A stretch of DNA of 64,000 nt. It comes from Callorhinchus milii. Lineage: Eukaryota. Positions within the stretch are counted from its first letter, which is position 1. The number at the start of each line of letters is the position of its first letter. The notes beneath the pieces were generated by a model that saw only the letters and a list, made by a program, of their open reading frames with translations, was not told the origin of the DNA and did not search any database. The stretch spans positions 11,720,001-11,784,000 of the forward strand of contig NW_024704742.1 of the NCBI RefSeq assembly GCF_018977255.1, read 5' to 3'. Positions 53,772 through 64,000 of the stretch are shown here, piece by piece. Both the position numbers and the translations under genes were made by a program.

Positions 53772-53930
53772 AACAACAACAACAAGATTCCATTTATAGA
53801 GCGCCTTTCACGTTGGGAGGACGTCCCAAGGGGCTGTACAGTTGGGTCAGGACCCGAGCAGGGGGGAAATGGTCAAGGTGAGGGGAGGGAAGGGAGGGAG
53901 CGAGGAGGGGTTAGAGAGTCTAGAGGGGAG
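53772..53930 (-). mobile_element. Young L2 3' end
   Basis: Nearly identical to 36076-36235. Confidence 0.93.
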
Positions 53931-55035
53931 TAGCCCAATTGATTTGAATTTGGCAAGAAGTTGGATGAGATAAAGTAGGGATGGGTGGGGGGACTATTGG
54001 AGTGAATGGTTGGGTGTCCATTTCATCTCACAAGGCAGATCAATCAGTTCTAAATTCAGTGTTTATCATTATGAAAGGATTCAATAAGGTGTATGTTGTG
54101 GCAAAATCCAAAATGTTTTGTATATATTTGAAATATTCAATATAATACATATTAGTACAGGGTATATTACAATTCAATATGTATATTAAATGCTTACATT
54201 TCATTTCAATGCAATTGGGCCACAACCTTCATTTTTCTCTTTTGAAATAACAGATTTTTCCATTTTTTTCTGTTTGGTTTTGTCTGAAGATATCTATAAA
54301 TTGAATTTTGGTTAAATTTTTGCCAGGACTTTAATGGTATCTGCTGAGAGGCAACAGCTCTAAGAAGCCACCATGATCTTTGATGGTATGCCAAATACAA
54401 GTTTTCCTTAAATTCTTGTAAACCAGGTCCATTTGACTTGTTTAAAGCTATGCGCCCTCCAGAGACACATCAGCGAAAGCATATTTACTTAATCAATAAT
54501 GTATGTGTAATGTATGTACTGTAATGAGTGAACTGAGAATAGGCTGCCAGATTGAAGAACAAGACTGTCAGCTTGAATCCTTCAGATCAGCAGCCACCTA
54601 TCCTTGGCTCTTCATTATTCTACGTGCGCATCTGCACGCATTTATTGTTGCTCTTTGAACACCTTTGTTCAAAGTTTCAGATACCAGCAGGAAACGCTTG
54701 TCGACTCTTTTTTTGGAACTGTTTCTTAAACAGGACGCACCGTAGGATTCCTGAATTCATAGAAAGCACCTGCTGCAAAAGACTTATGTCTGTAAGTGTT
54801 AGCACAGTCAGAATCTTTTCCATTAGTTAAGGGACCCAGGATTTCAATTGAACTGCTATTTTTTTGACCAATGGAGAGACTAGAGCAAATGCTCAAGTAA
54901 AGACGATGCTTCAGAAGGAATTATTCCAGAATGTATTACCACAATGTTGTCCACATTTAGACGTTACAGATTCATGCTCTCAAAGGAAATGCTTCTATCA
55001 CATCTACTTTGGGTCCATAGTGCTGGCAGATGTGT

Positions 55036-55352
55036 TAATGGGGGAATCCAAAACAAGGGGGCATAGTCTTAAAATTAGAACCAGGCCATTTAAGAGCAAA
55101 ATGAGGAACCATTTTTTCACTCAAAGGGTGGTAGAAATCTGGAATTCTCTCCCTCAATAGGCCATGGATCCTTGATCCATCCACACCTTCAAGAGTGAGA
55201 TTGAAAGATTTTTGGTAGATCAAAGGATATAGGGAGAAAGCGAGAAATTGGAATTGAAAGGATTAGTTGAGGTACAGATCAGCCATGATCTAATTAAATG
55301 GCAGAACAGGCTCGAAGGGCTGAACGGTCTCTTCCTGTTCCTATGTTCCTAT
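55036..55352 (+). mobile_element. CR1 3' end
   Basis: GESKTRGHSLKIR..FFTQRVVEIWNSLP; ttcctatgttcctat tail. Confidence 0.9.
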
Positions 55353-55667
55353 TATGATTGGAATTTCATATGTTCAGCAACACATTTTTCTTACAACATA
55401 AATTCTGCAAGCCTTCTTTCATATGCTATACAGTAAAAAGTACAGAATGATCCAAAATACAAATGCAGCACACTTCACCTTTACAGTAACTGAAGGAAAA
55501 CATAGCTCACCTCTTTAACTGTTTACTTTTCTCCCAATGTTTATTTTACTCAAAGTTCCTTTCCTATTTCCTGTGTCAAGACATACATGTGGTTCTAACA
55601 TTCTGGAAATTCTTATTTAGATGGAGTAAATGTGTTGGTTTTGAAAGAACTTACTTACAGAAGCACA

Positions 55668-55860
55668 GTAATAATAATAATATTTGCATTTGATATAGTG
55701 CCTTATCACGTCTTTGAAATGTCTCAAAGCGCTTCACAGAATATATTGTATTCTGACTATATATTTTTGTGGGTGAAACGTGGTAGCCAATTGCACAAGG
55801 CAGTGTCCCACACACAGTCGTCGATTCAGTGACCAAATTTTTTTATTTTTTGGAGGGATT
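55668..55860 (-). mobile_element. SINE 3' part
   Basis: Tail and Deu-like core. Confidence 0.85.
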
Positions 55861-56915
55861 TCCTCCTTGTTCAAAGTTTTTGGGAATGTATTCATAGATA
55901 TGTCTATTTGAGACCAGAGTTGCAGGTGCACATAACAGTACCATAATCTCTGCTGTACCATAGAGACCCAGTTGCAATAGAATATCCTATAAGGTGTTCA
56001 GCTTTTGAGATTTCAATAGTGTACAAAATTGGCAATGGTTTAACAGACGTTGAGAAGGTAAGTGAGCATAACAACAACTCTCACTTATATAGCGCCCTCC
56101 ACACAGTGTAGCGTCTCAGCGTGCTTAAGGCAAATGTGCAACTGGGAAATTATTGGAAAATATATTTTTAAGAAAGTCTAAAGAGATTTTTTCCACACAG
56201 GGGCAGAACCATCACCTACTGACCTTTTGGGATTGGTCCTGGAAGCATTAACTCAAATGTTGCTATCTGAAGACACTCTGAAATCTTATAGTCACTTTAT
56301 AGAGGATATGTTTATATGATTTTAAAGGAGATTGAGAAAAGAAACTCAGAACAATACTTTTAGCTATCTCAAGACAAGCAGAAGAAGAGGACAGAGTTTT
56401 TGAGTTGCAAAGGGCAGTTTTAGGACACACCAGGAAATATTTGTTTACCCAGAGGGTAAATTAACTGGAACAGGTTACCAGGAAGGATGGTTGATGCCAG
56501 GACACTGAAATCAATTAAAAAGAGCTTGATGTTTTGATGGCAGGACAGTAGAGTGATCGCAATGAAAAATATTAGGTCAAATTTACTAAAGCATCTTTAT
56601 CATCTGAACCGCTCCTGTGATCATGTGAAGTGGAAGAGCACATTGAGAAGCAGGAGATGTGGCTCCTCCCAGCATAGTGGAAGCAGTGATTGGGTAAATA
56701 GTGGCTTTCTTGTTAGAACAGTGAAGGAATTGAGAAGGCTTTCCACAGTAATGATATGAAAAGCCTTAGATCCTGAGAACTCAGAACACCCAACATGAAC
56801 ATCCTCTAATAATGAGTGGTTTTGGGGTTGTGGGTTTCCACTTTTGGCAGTGAAACACGTGATGGATGTGAGGGGCGGGTGGCAGTGGGGGGGCTTATTA
56901 TACTCTGTTTACCAG

Positions 56916-56978
56916 ATTGAGAACATTTCTAACAATTCACGATTACAATTGGAAACCCTGCTGCAGGAAATGCAGAAT
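56916..56978 (+). CDS. Candidate 63-nt internal coding exon of an unidentified gene (IENISNNSRLQLETLLQEMQN)
   Basis: Acceptor tactctgtttaccag, donor AAT|gtaagt, length divisible by 3, helical-looking peptide; I recognise no homology. Confidence 0.3.
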
Positions 56979-57479
56979 GTAAGTCTTTCTTTGCAGCATT
57001 GCCTCTTATTCCCTTAATTTCTGCATTTTCTTTGTGTTTGTTTGTGTTACCAGTCCCTATAGACATCTAATGTGTGTCGTACATGTTTGACAGGCAGTTT
57101 AGCATCTACCTAATGGTTTCCCTGACTATCCAATGAGAAGCCTCTCAGCAATTGAGCTATGAAAAACAGAAGGTTTTAATACCATCTATCAAAGTTGGAA
57201 TTGAAGCCTGGGTCCCAGGGGTAACACAGTTTTATTACTTATGTGAGTTGGGCATAAATGTACTGGCTTTAGCAAATGCACCCATTCATATATGTTCATT
57301 TTTTTGGCGGGAAGACAATAAGTTTGAGTTTGCTACTAATACGGACTGGTTCAAAATATATTAGTTTTCATTGGAAGTAGAATTGTTTGAATTTGTTGGG
57401 ATTCAGCATGTACAGGAGGAAACTAAAGGCATGATCATTTTCACTGTGATTTTTTTTTGGTGGGCAGTCAGCTGGGTGT

Positions 57480-57646
57480 GTAACATTTGCAGAAACTTAT
57501 CACCATGCTTATAAGTATCCAGACCAAACTGAGAGTTCCATGCATCCCACCTAAACGTGGAAACTCCCAAGATATTTACTGTAATTGAATGTGCACTCTC
57601 TCCCTGAAAGATTGTATCCTGCTTACCTAATTCCAAAGAGTATTAG
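57480..57646 (-). mobile_element. Old unclassified repeat, copy 4
   Basis: Reverse-complement match to 45372-45545. Confidence 0.7.
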
Positions 57647-57874
57647 GAATCGTGTTACAATAATAATAATTATGACAGCAGAGGCTGCTAACTGTGCTTT
57701 GAGCCAGGATGTCAAAGGTACCTGACTTTTTTTAATGAAAATGTATTAACAGTCAGTTGCCCAGAAGAGTATTCAATTCTGTGTAGCTAAATATATATAT
57801 ATTAAATCTATATACTAAATCTGGTAGTCTATTGGAGATGGTAATTCATATGTATTCCATAGACGTTCTGTTTT

Positions 57875-58465
57875 AATAATAATAATCCTTGCATTTGATA
57901 TAGCACCATATCACATCATCGAGATGTCCCAAAGCACTTCACATGATATACTATAAAGTGTAGTGACTGTGTATTTTGTGGGAAAAACATGACAGCCAAT
58001 TCCGCACAGCAGTTTCCCACAAACAGTAATGGATGAAATGATAAATTATTATTTTTTTGAAGGGATGAGTTGAGCTCTATCACTGTTACTTATTTGTTTA
58101 CTTTACTTACAAAATACACAGTCTCTACACATTAGAGTAAATTCTTTGAGACGCCCTCCTGAATGAAAGGCACTATGTCAAATGCAAGGAATATTATTAT
58201 TATTTTAATCGGAAGATGAGAATGTGCTCCCTGTTAAAGTAGTTGCCCATGTTTCCTAAAAACCTTGGTGTGTAAAAATAGGACAGTGGCGCAAGGATTC
58301 CATGAGTTGTAGATGTAGAAGCTGTAAAAGATGGTGAATGCCAAAGAGCAGGATTTGAAGGCGGGGAGGGAACGGGCTGCCAAACAATAATAATAATCCT
58401 TGGATTTGATGTCATCACATCTTCGAGAGGTCTCAAAGCGCTTCACAGAATATACTGTAAAGTGA
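57875..58465. mobile_element. Cluster of three SINE 3' fragments (-, +, -)
   Basis: Tails at ~57875, ~58200 and ~58385. Confidence 0.8.
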
Positions 58466-58499
58466 TTCTGGAATGGAGTTCCAGTAATATGGTAAAATG

Positions 58500-61300
58500 T
58501 AGACGATGCAGTGAAAGCGTATCAGTAATCCTGCCCTGCATTGTTTTTGCCAATGCAATTTCCTAAATGTTTTATATTACTCTGCCAGACTCTATTGCCA
58601 TAGCTTGAATAGATAGGCTGGTTCTGTCTGGTCTGGTACTGTTATCTCAGATATGACTCCATCCATTATTAAATCACTCGGCTGATTTCATGCAGATTTG
58701 AAAGCTAACAAAGCTCCTTTGGTTCAATTAATTGAAAATCACATTTTGCTATGTACAATTACCTCAATAATTGTTTTCAAAAGATCTTGAAAGTAAATTT
58801 AGCATTGGTGCTCTACGAAATTATTTTAATATAGGCACATAATAATCAGCTGAGATAATGTGTTGATTATCATAGGTACTGTTTCTGGTTACAACATTTC
58901 TATTTACATTGCAATGTTTGTGAAGCACCATATTTGGATTAGTTTCCCCATTCATTTCTACACAATAGGTTGCAGCCAGAAAATGTGCTGATTTAATAGA
59001 GAGCTACAGTGAGAGAAATAAATGGACTAAATGCAAAGTGCTTCAATACATGTTTGCTTCTTGTGCTGTCTGTGTGGAATTTGCAATGACCTCAGCTAAC
59101 TACTATATGCAAAACTAACAAATACTTGATGGGAATTTGGGGGAGACAGAAAGCGGTGCAGGAAACACCTTAACCTATGATTGGTGCCTCTGCAGATCAG
59201 TGCCATTGACAGCAATCTTATGGAGTAAACAGATGCCAAGGTTGATGCACCCCAGTGTATCTGTCTGATAAATACAGACAGTTGTAAAAGTAAGAATTTA
59301 AAAGCATTAAAATCCATGACCTATGATAAAAACCATGAAAAAAAAGTCTGTGATTTAATAGGCAAACATTTTTTATTAATAGAACCTATTTGAAATCACC
59401 ATCAGCTGTAAAGAGGATATTGTACAATGAAATTCTTAATTCTTGGGGGACATGTAACTGCACAGTCCTACACTGCACAGTCCTGGGAGTCTGCCCTCTT
59501 TCAATCTAAAGTTTTGTTCTTAAATGAAGTAAACATCCATTCTTTTGATGCTGTCTGCTCAAATTGTTCATGTCACTCTGACTGGGATGCTGTGAGCCAT
59601 TGCCAAATAGTTTGGCTTCCTTCAGCTACATTATCTCAGCTCCCAAGATCTCCAGATCTATCTCTTTCCATGGGGAGCAGGAGCTGAAAGCTGCTGTGAT
59701 TTTTTTAAAAAAATTATCTTTTTCGCATTCTGTCGACTCAAGCCCCAGGCCTGTCTGGTTATAGCTTTTGCAATCATTAGAATGTAATTTGCAACCCACT
59801 TAAATCTTGCAAGTGGCTCATGAACAGACACACAAAAAATGTGTCTATGCAAATTGCATCAACTCCGGGAATTGAATACTCAGTTTCCTGATGTCATGAT
59901 GAGGATGCAAAGTGCGTAACTGCAAAGGAGTGCGCTGTGTGTCACTGAAATGACAGGAAAGGAAATTAAACCCAAGGTGCTCTGTTTCATTTCATTTCAT
60001 TTTCATTAATATCCCAGCAGTTATGTAAATGTGGCTGTCTCAGAAGAAAGCTGTGTGTTTGGATGATCGCATGTTAATGACAGCAAAGCACCTGAAAAAT
60101 GATCCTTTGGATATTTGAGGTAAAATCTACTGGCGAGGCCATTAAGATGCTGCGCTGCTTCTCTGGGTTCAAATTCTATGAAATTGTGAAGTGCGCACCT
60201 GAAACTGGGATCCCCGATTCTCACTCCATGTTGGGTTGTGAAGCAAATTAAGCTTGGTGCAAAGAGCTTTGGAAAAGGCCAGAGAGAAGCAAACTGGCCT
60301 TTTGTATCTGCACTCATTTCAGACTTTTACACGAAGAACCAAATTTTAACAAATCAGCACGGACTAGATGTACAAATCCCATAAGTCCTAAAAAATACTG
60401 ATCCTCTTCTTACAGAAGGTCTTCCATACCACCACTTAATCCCGGAGAACACTCGACCCAGTCATAATGGATTTTGGTGCCACATCTATAATAACACAAT
60501 TTAAATGCAGAGAGAAAACCCAGGCAGGATTGTGGCCAATTCCATTGCAGTGCTTTCCAGCCCTGCAGGTTCTACATGCTGTGCCAAGCAGCCTCTGCTG
60601 GGTCTAAGTCCTGCTCACAGCAGTTGGAATGAATGAAGGACCAGCCAATTGTTTCCCTGCACTGCAGGCGGTGGCAATCTCTGATGGCACTTGATCGCAG
60701 CTGTACAAAACAAAAATGGGCAAATGGTTTAGACTTGAATTTCTTCTTCAAAGACACTGTGTTGTCAGGATTTTCTTTTTACTTGCTTAACAAGAAACTT
60801 CTCGTTCCAGTTATTCCACACGTGAAGACCTTATCACTATCCGAGCAACCTATCTTGTGATGGTGACAGACAGATCAATCTTGCTGTGAACTTGGCAATA
60901 AACACCATTTCTGGACAGACTGCAGAGTGGACTCTTCATAAAAGCCTGTTGATAGGAAGATTCCAATCTTCAGACTCTCCAAGATGAGGTGCACATCTCA
61001 CACCTTGATCTGCTTGTTTCCAACATTGTTATGAAAGCGTAAGCTTATCTGTCAAATGTTTGAAGTTTTACTTGCAATTTAAGCAATTCCTGAAAGCTTT
61101 GGTTCTTTACGGTCTTTGATGCCTTTAAGTTATTGCTGCTGAAACACTATATATTTTCTTTGTGCAACTGTAGGTGAGGAATCCTATTATCAGCAAATGA
61201 AAATATATTAAAACACTCTTAAAGAGAGACTTTCAAGGAAATAAAATGTTTACCAAAGTTTGTGCTGTTTGGGGAGAAAGGCAATTCAGGAGGGTACATG
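58500..61300. promoter_or_regulatory. TE-poor block, candidate conserved non-coding/enhancer region
   Basis: No SINE or LINE recognised over ~2.8 kb; TGACAG x3, TGATTTAATAG x2, ATGCAAAT, many TAAT cores. Confidence 0.4.
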
Positions 61301-61329
61301 GTGTTGTCCTCCCAATCTATTAAGCTACT

Positions 61330-61700
61330 GGATGTCTGTCAGAACCCATCAAACACACACAACCAGAGGTTGAAGAGTCACTTATGACTCTTCAGGGACT
61401 TCATGTGAGGCAGACAGACGCCTCCGCACCTGAAAGCAAGTAGGGGGTGGGCCTTGACCTTGCTAATGTGGCTCCTGTTACCCTGAGTGACTGTTCTCTG
61501 ATTGCACAGGCAGCTTGCCTTGCTGAGTGATGAATACACATAATCACATTGACTATGCCTCTTCCTCATTCACCTCTTTCTGTGGCAGCTGTCTCACAGG
61601 CATTGCTGGTGATGTTCCACAGCTGGATGATGGCTTCAGATTGTCCTTGAAGCACTTGCACTGATAACTGTCAGATCTTTTGCCTTGTTTCAAGAGGCAG
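61330..61700 (-). mobile_element. Degenerate RTE-clade LINE 3' fragment
   Basis: Minus strand encodes QCKCFKDNLK (RTE-like KRFKDxLK) and a C-terminal CGGVCLPHMKSLKSH zinc-finger-like remnant. Confidence 0.5.
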
Positions 61701-62135
61701 GAAAATTTGCACTGTGGAAAATAGGGGTTGTGACAGTGTAGTTACCCCACATGATCATGGCTTTAACTTGTTGATGTCTCACAGTTATAGAGAAATAAGG
61801 TTAGATGATTGCCTCCTAGATTTTCAGCTTGCTTTTGACCTAATACATCTTCATCATGGTCAAAGGCCACTAATGCCTTTTTTGGTGCAATTGCTGATTT
61901 CATTCTACATGTTCCTGGATAGACCGGAGAAATGTTGTATAGATCTGAGTAATGTGTTACTGTTAGTGATCACTAAATAATATAGATAAGAATGTCAGGG
62001 GACTAGATGAGCCTAATTTTTTTTCAGTTTGATGATAAGAGTAAAATACCATCCATCTCCACAGATGTTTCCGATCAGAAGAGAGGCTTGAATGAAGAAG
62101 GCTATTGGGCCTTTCTACTCCCATCCTTCCACAAT

Positions 62136-62492
62136 ATAATAATATAATATAATCCTTACATTTGATATAGCGCCTTATCACGTCTTCGACACATCTCAAA
62201 GTGCTTCACAAAAAATACTGTAAAGTGAATTGACTACATATTTTGTGGACGAAACCTGGCAGCCAATTGTGCACAGCAGTGTCCCACAAACTGTCGTGGA
62301 TTGAGCGATCAATTTTGTTTTCTTTTTGTTGAGGAATTATTACCCCCGGAAAAGCAATTCACCAATCGACTAACAACCGGGTTCCTGCTTACAGAGAAGT
62401 AAACAGAGGTGCATGGAGTAAGGAAACTTGCCCAACATTTCGCCCTGCCGGGAATCAAACCCAGGTCTCTAACCACTGAACTACAGGTCTCC
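62136..62492 (-). mobile_element. SINE, long form, anticodon arm deleted
   Basis: Tail to ...aaccactgaactacaggtctcc. Confidence 0.9.
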
Positions 62493-62689
62493 ACAGAATA
62501 CCTGGAACCTTTTGTTCTGCTGCTTTGGCGCAGGTGAAAGATTTGTTTTGGGTTCACTTTCTCAATCCCAATTAAAATCTTATATGCCTCAATAAGGTTC
62601 CCTTGTATTTTTGTCAAATTGCAACTAGTGATGATCCTCTGGGGGTGGATTGGGGGTAGGCAAGTGAGGTATCCTTGGAGCTGAACAAA

Positions 62690-63125
62690 TTTGTGCTGTC
62701 AAATGGAATGTCAAATATCTGTGGTGGTCTCAGTAGTCCAGTTCCTAAGCCAGGCGAGTCCACAATACTCCAGGGCACTGCTGCTGACAGACCAACCGAC
62801 CTGGATGGACTTGGAGTAGCAGTAGTCACTGGGCACAGTGACTTCCCACTCAACTCCTGTTAACCCTGCAAGCCAAAGCCCAAATGTGTAGAGTGGTCCT
62901 AGCTAGACAAGCAACAGGAAGCTTGGCAGATAGTACTCTCAATGGCAAGCTAAGTAGTTTTAGCTGGTTAGACTCAGCAATTACCCCAGCACACACTCTG
63001 GGGTCCCTAAGCATTGCATCTTGCTAAACTGTGCCAAATATTTTTTCCAGAATTAGGGAAGCAGGATGCGTCCTTCCAGCGAGTGAGTGCATTTTCCTTT
63101 CCGAACTTGGAAATTTCCATGTGTA
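62690..63125 (+). mobile_element. Old unclassified repeat, copy 5, with an LF-SINE-like segment
   Basis: Collinear with the other copies; ggtggtctcagtagtccagttccta resembles the LF-SINE core as I recall it. Confidence 0.6.
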
Positions 63126-63129
63126 AACA

Positions 63130-63402
63130 CAAAAACAAAAACAAATTACATTTGTACAGCACCTTTCACATCGGGAGGATGTTCCAAGGTGCTGAATAGT
63201 CAGGGATTTGGACCCGAGCTGGGGATTGCGATAGGAGGGTTAGGAGAGCAGGGAGGTTAGGGGAGTGACTGATGGCACGGTTGAAGAGGAGGGTCTTGAG
63301 ATGTGCTTTGAAGGAGCCAAGCAAGGGAGCAAGGCGAAGGGACTGTGGGATTGAGTTCCAAAGGGTGGGGGTGCTATACAAGTATAATTTGTTGTTGTTG
63401 TT
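63130..63402 (-). mobile_element. L2 3' fragment with a second, inverted tail at its 5' end
   Basis: TLWNSIPQSLRLA..FKAHLKTLLF; tails at 63140-63162 and 63371-63402 in opposite orientation. Confidence 0.85.
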
Positions 63403-64000
63403 GCTTGGTTGTAAAAGCTGTGATTCTAAGACATAGTGGATTACGGATTCTACAAAAAAAACATGATTTTGGAAACATTTTTCCTTCAAATAGTGACAAC
63501 ATGTATTAATGTGGGTGTGCGAATAACAGGATGTTTATAGATTGCTCTCTCTAAATATAAATTAGCAGGTTGTGCAGCTGGGTGTTGTGACACTGACTTG
63601 AGGGATATAGTTCTTGAATATATGGACTTGGAATATTGTTTGCCCTGTTTTTATTGCAACATTGAAACAGAGAAAGCAAGGCTGTGTTTCATAAGGATCG
63701 TTTCTGAAATTGAACCTTGTTATGTCCTGGTATTTAGCTTGTTTTACAGACATGTATGCTATCCGAATCATAGACAAAACATTAGAGTGCAATCAATCTA
63801 ATTTGCATCTGGATGTGTGAATGATGTTTAACTAAACATGATTAATATGCTCCCTCGCTGAGAACAGATATGTCCTTCAGGTTTTGCTAGGATTCAATAG
63901 GGTTAGCATACTGTGCCAGAACCCTCATTCGATCATGTTGTCACTTTGAGACTTGATTTCTTCAATCCTCCCCGCACTGGACTCCCTAATTCCACACACA

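Overview
Repeat-dense vertebrate genomic DNA that looks intronic or intergenic. The repeat mix suggests a cartilaginous fish (chimaera or shark); this is inferred from recalled repeat families, not from a search. The mix is L2 LINEs with (TTG)n tails, several CR1 subfamilies, an abundant tRNA-Ala-headed SINE with a Deu-like core and L2-type tail, and older Deu-domain SINEs. Main items: a ~11.7 kb (TCTG/GACA)n compound microsatellite with higher-order duplications, embedded L2 ends and a 25-N gap (7.9-19.6 kb); a 35-bp minisatellite inside an imperfect inverted repeat (5.0-5.75 kb); a young 5'-truncated L2 ORF2 with one frameshift (22.8-25.45 kb); CR1 ORF2 remnants (27.1-29.65, 29.9-30.8, 39.6-41.6 kb); roughly 30 SINE copies or fragments; a hAT-type MITE; an RTE remnant; five copies of an old repeat I cannot name; and TE-poor, enhancer-like stretches (44.4-45.3, 58.5-61.3 kb). 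I recognise no host protein-coding gene, only a few candidate small exons. Most long ORFs in the track are microsatellite or TE artefacts. I found no convincing novel biological system. The best leads are the retrotransposon junction structures, the L2/SINE tail sharing, the RSS-heptamer-bearing minisatellite and the candidate exons and enhancers. Boundaries of degenerate repeats are approximate.
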